32,206 nucleotides of DNA from the NCBI GenBank assembly GCA_002104945.1, contig MCFH01000130.1, positions 1 to 32,206 on the forward strand. The letters are read 5' to 3'. Source of the stretch: Piromyces finnis finn (taxonomy: Eukaryota > Fungi > Neocallimastigomycota). Made by a program: the position numbers and the translations under genes. Shown here in pieces: positions 24,103-32,206 of this stretch (its first letter is position 1; every line of letters begins with the position of its first letter). The notes below the pieces were generated by a model, which did no database searches, was not told the origin of the DNA, and was given only the letters and a program-made list of their open reading frames with translations.

Positions 24103-24506
24103 TGATACGGGTTAATTTTATGTAGAAAGAATTAAACTTTAAATAATATATGTTTTATTAATAATTCTATTTATTACGTTCCAATATTTCTATTCTGTCT
24201 AAATACTAAAACGTTCTGTCTTTGTCAAATATTAAAATTCTAACTAAAACAAGAAGCCCTTTTTAATAATATTTATTCTAGTCTATTTATACTAATGAGA
24301 TTTACTTAATAACTAATTGTCCAATTATAAGGCTGGAACTATATGGATCATTCATTTACATTATTCTTTTACATTTGTCGTACATTTGCATTACATTCTT
24401 ATACATTGTAGAAATAATTAAAATTATAATAAAACTATATAAATTTAATATTAGGAAAAATTACTAATATAATAATATGTTCAATTCACATATTATTATT
24501 ATATCA
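24103..24506 (-). repeat. Diverged solo LTR of the Gypsy-1 family
   Basis: TGATACGGG...ATATCA, 404 bp, substitutions and deletions relative to the 421-bp LTRs, 4-bp TSD ATTA (24099-24102, 24507-24510). Confidence 0.93.
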
Positions 24507-25174
24507 ATTATATCTTTACAATATTATTAATACAAAATTAAATTTTATAATATATATGTACAATATACAATCAAAAACAATATCATTACAAGTAATAAAT
24601 AATATTTTAGATTATTTAATATATGATAATGTTTAATAAGCTTATTTAAATTTTTCTTATTAGATTATAAAACAAGCTTTTATGACTTATATTCTATGAA
24701 GATTCTATTAAACTTATATTAAATAATAAAGTTATCATTTTAGTAAATATTACTATTATTAAAAGCATTTTTTTTAATTATAGTAATTTATTTTACATAC
24801 ATAATACACTATGTAATTTATTAATTTTTATTATGAAACTTTTAGTGTTGTGTAAATATTTTTGATACTAACTTTTTTTTGAAAGTATTATTTTATTAAG
24901 CTTTACATTTAGTATACTATTAAATTACTATATTATTTCTTAGTAAAATTATTCTTAAAACTTAAAAAAACTATTTTATAGAATAGTATTGTACTAGTCC
25001 TTATATTTCTCAGAAATGATTTACTCAATTTTATATATATATTAGGATTACGATTGTAAATTGTAATATAAAGCATATTCGATTTATAATTTTTTTATTT
25101 CTTTAGCATTTATAAATCATATAAAATGAAAATTTAATAAAATCTAAATAATAATTCTAACTATTTAAATATTT

Positions 25175-25234
25175 AATAATCCTAGTTTTATTTACTTTTA
25201 ATTTGAATTAAAAGTAAATAAAACTAGGATTATT
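25175..25234 (-). terminator. Perfect 28-bp stem / 4-nt loop hairpin over the stop codon of the 731-aa ORF (candidate viral 3'-end signal)
   Basis: AATAATCCTAGTTTTATTTACTTTTAAT-TTGA-ATTAAAAGTAAATAAAACTAGGATTATT; stop codon at 25208-25210. The palindrome is certain; its function is inferred. Confidence 0.7.
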
Positions 25235-27403
25235 TTTTAAAGATTTATATATTGTACCATCTATACTTCTATTTAATAATAGATAAGGTTTATTAGGAAA
25301 ACTATCTTGAAGTTTTATATTTGTAGCTTGACATGGATAATATATATTATCTTTCCATACACCAAATACCACAACTTCTTTTTCATTTATGTTTTTAAAG
25401 TAATGATATCCTGAAATCTCTTTAATTTCCTTATATAAAGTTGAATATGGAGGTAAGGTGTCATTAAATATATCTTCATTAATTATTGGAATTTCCGGCA
25501 ATATATTAGAATATGTAGACTTCCATAAATAATACTTTTTATTAGAATCATCTGATATTTTTTTCTCTGCTATCAAAATAACTTTATCTTCTTCTGAGAT
25601 AAATTGTGAAATATATGAATCTCTATTGTTTTCATCAATAATAATTATGTTATTTTTTTTGTACATTGATAATATTGCTTGTACAAATACATCGTTAACG
25701 AAAAATAAATTAGTTTCTGGTTTTACTATATATTCATATCTATAATTTGGACGAAGGTATAACCTAGTAGTGTTCATCATAACAATTATGAATGGATATG
25801 AAGAATTAAAATTATAAACGAAATTATTTACTCCATATGGATATATCTTCATTTCATTATCTACGGAAAATGATAATATATTTATATTGGTATAACTACT
25901 TTCCATTTTTAATATATTTAATTGTTTATTTAAAAACTTTTCTTTTAATATGTTTAGAAAGTGTTGCTGAGATGGGATATTTATATAAGTACTACATTTA
26001 GAACATATTTTAAATTTCGAAAATATTTCTTCAATGTCAAAATAAATTCTATATAAATTTGGTAATTCATACCCATAAGAAATAAATAAGTTTGATGGTA
26101 ATAAACCAATAGATTGTTCAACAATATTATACGATATATTAGTAAAAATAATCTTTTTTTTACTTTTAGCTTTTTTAATAGTTTTAACGCATTTAGGAAT
26201 TCCAGGATTATCACCAGACCTTCTATTTTGATTTATAGTTATTGTGTACCCAGAGCCCTCTGGAGATTTATAATAATTATTATTCCATTGAACATAAGGA
26301 ATATTGTGTTTGATACAATATTCTTTATCAGCAATAACAGGATAAACTTTATCGACATTCCTATAATATCTTGTATAAAATTTCCCAAATAATCTATTAT
26401 AATTTATTTTTATAGGTATTTTAAAGAATAAAGTTTTATTTTGAAAATAATTTATATGGAAATTAATATATAATAAATAAATATAGTTTAACAGAATTTT
26501 TACTGATAAATACATATACCATTCTAGATTTTTAATATGAATTGTTTCATTATATTGTTTATGTTTATTATATAAAAATATATCTATTGAAGTATTAAAT
26601 AAGTTTAAAGAATACACTAAACTTTCTTGTTTTTTTATTAAACCACTTTTTTCATTTGTATAAAGATAGGGATATAAATTATTTTCATATAACATTAAAT
26701 CAAATAATTGAAAATCAATTGATATCGGGTATATTAATGTTATATCTGATGGAATAAATCTTATAAAAGTATTATCAATTGAACAATTTAAGAATGGTAA
26801 TAATAAGTAAATAATGTTAGAATATGATTCTTTATCTGAAAAAGTAATTTTGGATTTTGTAATTTGTATTACATCATGACAACATTTAATAATAATATAA
26901 TTATCTACATTTTCAAGTTTTCTAAGTCTATCAAATCTTATTAATTCTTGGTTATATGAAAATGAATCAATAAAATATTTATTTACATATTGAAAATGCT
27001 GTATACCTTGTATAAAACTTGCTATATATTGGCAATTATCAGGTAAATTTTGAGTAATTATTTTTTCATATGTTTCTTTAAAACTAATTGAGGGTAAATT
27101 AATTGGAATATAGTATTTTGTTTTAGTTGTATCTTCTAAATAATATTTATATTTTATAGGTTCATTTTTTATTTTTTTTTCTAAATTATCATAAAGTGAA
27201 AATAATAATGATACTTTTTTTATATCTACATTAGAATTATCCTTATACTTTACTATATATTTTTCTTTGGATAATTCATTACAATCAATAATATTAATTC
27301 CTTCAAAAAAAGAAAATACTTCATTATTAATTAATATTTCAAGTTGATATGGTAGGGCTTTGTATTTTTCTAATATTGTACGTATTAAATTTATTATATC
27401 CAT
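25208..27403 (-). CDS. 731-aa intronless protein resembling the NCLDV/poxvirus early transcription factor large subunit (A7/VETF-L family)
   Basis: Motif order recalled for VETF-L: FYTRY..YPVI, YYKSP..N..GIPKCVKT (PCC-like), GLLPSNLF..YR, NILSF, YEYIV, QFISEEDK, VFGV. Length is close to poxvirus A7. Remote, by-eye similarity. Confidence 0.6.
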   Translation of the reverse strand: MDIINLIRTILEKYKALPYQLEILINNEVFSFFEGINIIDCNELSKEKYIVKYKDNSNVDIKKVSLLFSLYDNLEKKIKNEPIKYKYYLEDTTKTKYYIPINLPSISFKETYEKIITQNLPDNCQYIASFIQGIQHFQYVNKYFIDSFSYNQELIRFDRLRKLENVDNYIIIKCCHDVIQITKSKITFSDKESYSNIIYLLLPFLNCSIDNTFIRFIPSDITLIYPISIDFQLFDLMLYENNLYPYLYTNEKSGLIKKQESLVYSLNLFNTSIDIFLYNKHKQYNETIHIKNLEWYMYLSVKILLNYIYLLYINFHINYFQNKTLFFKIPIKINYNRLFGKFYTRYYRNVDKVYPVIADKEYCIKHNIPYVQWNNNYYKSPEGSGYTITINQNRRSGDNPGIPKCVKTIKKAKSKKKIIFTNISYNIVEQSIGLLPSNLFISYGYELPNLYRIYFDIEEIFSKFKICSKCSTYINIPSQQHFLNILKEKFLNKQLNILKMESSYTNINILSFSVDNEMKIYPYGVNNFVYNFNSSYPFIIVMMNTTRLYLRPNYRYEYIVKPETNLFFVNDVFVQAILSMYKKNNIIIIDENNRDSYISQFISEEDKVILIAEKKISDDSNKKYYLWKSTYSNILPEIPIINEDIFNDTLPPYSTLYKEIKEISGYHYFKNINEKEVVVFGVWKDNIYYPCQATNIKLQDSFPNKPYLLLNRSIDGTIYKSLKNNPSFIYF

Positions 27404-27844
27404 TTTGATTTTAGTTCAATTCTTTACTATATAATTAATATTTTCTAATTCACAAAATATATATTTTTTGTAAATTTATTCTAAACAAAAATTTAATATA
27501 TAATTTATAATTTGATAGGATAATAAAAAATTGTTAATATGAATTTAATAACTTTAATTGTGATAGTATCAGAATTTAATTAGTTAAAATTTGGGTTTTT
27601 AATATTTACTATATTTATAGTAATTTATTATTACGAAGTATTACAAATATGTATATATATAGCTTATACTACATTATTAATACATTATTAATACATTATG
27701 TTAAATGTATTAAAGATTATTAGAATATTTAATTTTATTATAAATCTTAAATATATTCAATTAATTAAAGTTTATAATAAAATTAAGAAATTCTAAAAAT
27801 CCTCAAACCTGATTTCATTATGAAATTCAATGTTTGATGTATAA

Positions 27845-27978
27845 ATAAAATAAAATAAAATAAAATAAAATAAAATAAAATAAAATAAAATAAAATAAAA
27901 TAAAATAAAATAAAATAAAATAAAATAAATAAAATAAAATAAAATAAAATAAAATAAAATAAAATAAAATAAAATAAA
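27845..27978 (+). repeat. (TAAAA)n microsatellite, ~26 units
   Basis: Directly visible; generates the spurious ILFYF ORFs. Confidence 0.97.
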
Positions 27979-29269
27979 CGGAACATAATTTTAATGAAAA
28001 TAATAGAAATAAATATATGGAGATGATATTTTTTTTTCTTCTTGAACGTAATTTAAGTCTTTTATAATTAATTCGTAAAATCACTATCATTTAAACCTTA
28101 ATTTTCGGATATAGATTCTTTGATAATAAATTGGAATACATTAATTCTAAAATATATGAAGACTTTAGGGTTAATATGATGACACCATTAAGTCTTGACT
28201 AGTTGTCTTGGTAAGAATGGATTGTTGAATTAAATCTTCAAATCTAATTTTGATGCTATTATTAATATTTGGTTCACAGGTACCTATTACATTTTCTTCA
28301 CTGCCTGTTGTTATGATTCTTTATTTGGATATTGATACCAGATTTTGTCAATTATATTCTTCTTATTGATTTTTGTTGATATCTTTTGAAAATAGGACTT
28401 TATCTAAAATATCTCAGTAGCATTAACCCATGGATTGTACCATAACCTTCAAATATACATAAAGATTTGTTTTTCAATATTATCGACAAAATGTCCGAAC
28501 ATTGTATTAATTTTTTCGAAGTACGAGCCATTTGTACAAGCTTTAAAGTTTTTCCATCTTTTCCTATGCAGATTAGGTTATTATAATATTAAATTCTTAT
28601 AATATTTATTATATAATTTATATCACATGAAATACCATATCATATGATAAATTATGTATATATTAATGTGAATAAACAATTATACCTAGGCCACCATAAA
28701 TAAAATCTAAATGCCACATTGAATTTTTTAACATTAATTAGTACATTATATTAATAAATAAGGTTATATACTTTATTTAATTTTATAAAAAATATTAATT
28801 TTAAATTATTAATCAAATTTATTAAATAAACACATAAAATAATTCAAAATAATCATATAACAACGTGACCAAAACTTATTGAGGCGTAAACATTTCACAA
28901 GATAAAAAAAAATTAAGTGAAAAAACACAAATTTATTTTATTAATTTAAAATTTAAATAATTATAATGTAAATTATGTTATGTAAATAATTTCTTTTATT
29001 TATATTTATATTTATATTATTATATTTTTATTATACTTTAATAAATATTTTTATATTTTTTATATTAGTTTTATATAGATTGTTAATTAAATAAATAAAG
29101 AAAATATATATATTTTTATTTCATGTATTTATTTTTTAGCTTATTTTATAATTAACTGTCGAAGTAATATTTTTATTAATAAATTAATTTTAACTATTAA
29201 TAGATTTAATTATTCCTAAAAAGGAAAATATATGTGATTTATTAAATTTAAATAAATATATTATTTTAA

Positions 29270-30720
29270 TTTATTAATAAACTTTATATATTATAAAAAA
29301 ACATTATTAAAAAATGACCAAATTTTGAATATCTTTTTATAAGTAAAATAACTAGATTTATTTATTTGAATTTAAGGCATGATATATACTTTATTAATTA
29401 TTTTAATTAAATTATATTATTATATTCATAAGGAATTTTATGACTATAATAATATTTATGTTTATTACATTTTCTATTTTTATTTATTAATAAACAAACA
29501 AACTAAAATTTAACTACTTAGTTTATTTGTTTATTTATATGAATTTAATTTTAACAAAAATTTTAATATATCCATAAATTGATGGATGATATACATATTT
29601 GAAAAAATTAATTTATTTTATATTAGTATAAAATAAATTAATATACTAATTAATCTTATGTATTATAAAAATATAAAAACCCAAAATATAACTTTTGAAT
29701 TTTTCTTGTAGTAAATAATTGACTAAGTTTATTTATTTAAATTTTTAAGAAAATATAGTATTAAAAATATTTTATCATATTCCTTACTTTTATTTAATTA
29801 ATTATTTATGTTTTATATATTTTCTACTTTTTTATACGAAGATTTAATTATTAAGTTTATTTACATATTTCTTACTTTATGAATTGATTCTAGACAAAAA
29901 TTTAATATATCCATAAATTGATAGGATAATAAACAATTAAAACATTTAATATAGTAATAAACTTTATATATTATAAAATATTTTAAAAGAAAAAGTTCAG
30001 AATAACTTTAAATTTTCTTTCGTAATAGATAATTGATTCAGTTTATTCCGTTTATGTTCAAATTTTTATGAAATGATTCTAGACAATAAAAAATTAATAT
30101 ATCTATAATTTGATAGGATAATGAATAATAAAATAATTAATATAGTATTAAACCTTGTATTTTATAAATACTATTAAAGAAAAGTCCATAATAACTTTTA
30201 AGTTTTCTTTTGTCATTTATTCAAATTTATAAGATATTTTATAATTTTTATTTATTAATTATTTTAATGCAAATTATATTATTATATTCCTAAAATATTT
30301 TATTTTACTTCCTACATTCTTTTATTTAATTATATTTATTATATTTTCTCTTTTTTATACGAAAATCCAACTATTAAGTTTATTTGCATGTTTCATACTT
30401 TATAAATTGATTCTAGACAAAATTGATAGGATAATACGCAATTAAAACAATTAATATAGTAATAAACCTTATGTATTATAAATATTATAAAGGAAAAGTC
30501 TAAAATAACTTTAAGTTTTCTTTTTGTAATAGATAATTGACTCGGTTCATTTATTTAATTTTATATGAATTGATTCTAGACAAAAATTTAATATATCCAT
30601 AAATTGATAGGATAATAAACAATTAAAAAATTAATTAATATATTAACTTAAAATGAAGTAAAGACTATAAAAGAAAAGTCAAAAACAATTCCGAGTTTTT
30701 ATATTTTTTAGTAAACAACT
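29270..30720 (+). repeat. Degenerate tandem array of ~160-190-bp AT-rich modules with a ~500-525-bp higher-order period
   Basis: GATTCTAGAC at 29886, 30075, 30409, 30572; TGATAGGATAAT at 29919, 30111, 30424, 30605; decayed units near 29275 and 29545; second module duplicated at ~29780 and ~30306. Confidence 0.85.
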
Positions 30721-30885
30721 TTTTAAAGTAAAATAATATAATTCGGTTCTTTTATTCAGATTATAGGATTTTATCTTGTTAGGTTTAATCATAATATTTA
30801 TACTAAAATTTAATTGTTAATTTTATTTCCTTATATCTAAAATAATTTACTAAATAAGTTTATTTCTTCCTTTTGCCTAAAACTT

Positions 30886-30924
30886 TCATCATCATCATCA
30901 TCATCATAATAATAATAATAATAA
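30886..30924 (+). repeat. Compound microsatellite (TCA)7(TAA)6, 12 nt before the helicase ATG
   Basis: Directly visible. Confidence 0.9.
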
Positions 30925-30936
30925 TTAGTTTTTATT

Positions 30937-32206
30937 ATGTCTTATCCCGATATTAATAAATTATATAACTATCGAGAATTTAAAGAAATATTTACTAATG
31001 AAAATTTATTGGAGGAAAAACTCCATATGAAAAGATATCAAATATTACCTTCTAGGTATATGTCGAGTGATAATGAAGCTGTTAAAAGATTTTTAATCTA
31101 CCATCCACCGGGTTCAGGAAAGTCATATACTGCATTATGGATACTGCTAAACTTTATAAATTTTTATGAAAAACCAGCTATTATCCTTGTAAAGAATAAA
31201 GAATCGATAATAAATTTTAAAAGTCGTATTGAATCATGGTATTCATTTACATTTAACTTTAATAAACCTCCAGAAGGTATAACAAATTATCAACAATTTA
31301 TAAAAAAATATATTGAATTTTATACATATTTTTCATTTTTCAAATCTATAAAAAATATAGAGGATATTAAAATGCATGAAAATAGATTTATTATTATTGA
31401 TGAGATACATAATTTTCGAAATACTAAAGAAAATAAATTATATATAAAAGAATTAATAAATTCTTAAGTTCTATTAAAAATGCAAGAGTAATATTTATGT
31501 CAGCAACACCGATATTTGATAACTATAATGAAATATCAAGTTTAATAAAATTAATAGTACCAACTATTAATAATAATACTGATTTTACTCCCAAAAAAGT
31601 AGAAGAAATAATGAAAGGACACGTATCATATTATGGATTAAATCCGCCAGATACAATTGTTAATTATAATGGTAAGTGTATTCAAGGAATTAATAAATAT
31701 AAAATATTTGAAATTCCTATGAAAGGATTCCAACTTCAATATTACCAAAATTTAACCAAAAATGTTAAGAATTTAAATAGTATGGAATGGGAATTAATTT
31801 AACGAAAGCAGCTATTGGTGTTATTGATTTTAATAATTTTAAATTAAATATTCCCCATGATACCTAATAATGAAAAAAAACGTTATATATTCAAAAATGG
31901 TCATATCATTTATAATGATATAGAAATTCAAAAAACTATAATAAAGCATTCAGAAAACCTCAGTGATTATTGTTGTAAATTTTACCATTGTCTAGATATT
32001 ATTAATAAGGCTAATTCATCAGATGGTCTTGTTTTTATATATTGTAATTTAATAGAAGATATCGGTATATATTATTTTGCAGCACTACTTTGCTCTATGG
32101 GATATAATTATGTATATGATAATAAATCAGCAAAGCGATTTAGTAAAAAAAAATTTTTAGATAAAGAATTTGATTACCCAGAATTAAAAGAAATAAGAAG
32201 AGGTAA
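30937..32206 (+). CDS. SF2 DExH helicase/NTPase of the poxvirus D6/D11 (VETF small subunit / NPH-I) family; 3 single-base indels, truncated by window end
   Basis: Motif I LIYHPPGSGKS, motif II IIIDEIHNF, motif III MSATP..NEISSLIKL, GHVSYY, then LSDYCCKF..GLVFIY..G....LCSMGY from 31857. Indels at ~31460, ~31795, ~31855. Confidence 0.82.

Noticed and set aside
4069-24125. Numerous 60-200 aa ORFs overlapping LINE and gypsy genes (e.g. 4069, 5068, 6529, 10809, 15978, 17356, 21130..21747, 23516..23896)
   Set aside because: They overlap well-supported TE coding frames and have no independent motifs.
27416-27423. Mimivirus-type early promoter AAAATTGA before the VETF-like ATG (AGAATTGA on the minus strand, 12 nt upstream)
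   Set aside because: One mismatch, and near-matches are expected by chance at this AT content; none seen before the helicase.
27783-28090. ORFs 27783..27986 and 27827..28090
   Set aside because: Translations of the (TAAAA)n microsatellite.
29886-30581. Similarity of the repeat core TTCTAGACA to the vaccinia concatemer resolution sequence, and of ATGATTCTAG to the palindrome centre at 1901
   Set aside because: Only 9-10 nt matches in very AT-rich DNA. The T-tract context of the poxvirus site is missing, and I recall that sequence from memory. Treated as coincidence.
29270-30720. CRISPR array
   Set aside because: Eukaryotic context, degenerate long units with homologous inter-core sequence, no unique spacers, no cas genes.

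Overview
Extremely AT-rich eukaryotic DNA. Composition and TE families fit an early-diverging fungus such as an anaerobic gut fungus (inference only). Three zones. (1) 1-8.8 kb: a ~1.8 kb-arm inverted duplication (1-1826 / 1899-3722, 72-bp spacer) overlapping a nearly full-length single-ORF APE/RT LINE (2585-7079, poly(A) tail). This LINE appears inserted, with a 6-bp TSD, into an older related LINE. (2) 8.8-24.5 kb: a three-level LTR retrotransposon nest, fully resolvable by TSDs. A minus-strand Ty3/gypsy element (8840-23025; identical 421-bp LTRs, tRNA-Ala PBS, -1 frameshift signal) is split in its RT by an intact plus-strand chromovirus (11926-19163; Tf1-like self-priming signal), whose 5' LTR holds a 710-bp solo LTR. 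An integrase remnant and another solo LTR follow. (3) 24.5-32.2 kb: a virus-like segment with an intronless 731-aa ORF resembling the NCLDV/poxvirus early transcription factor large subunit, ending in a perfect 28-bp hairpin over its stop codon. A degenerate tandem-repeat array separates it from a divergent D6/D11-family SF2 helicase that runs off the window. This probable endogenous large-DNA-virus or virus-like-element relic is the most interesting signal. All protein calls are motif recognition by eye; no searches were run.
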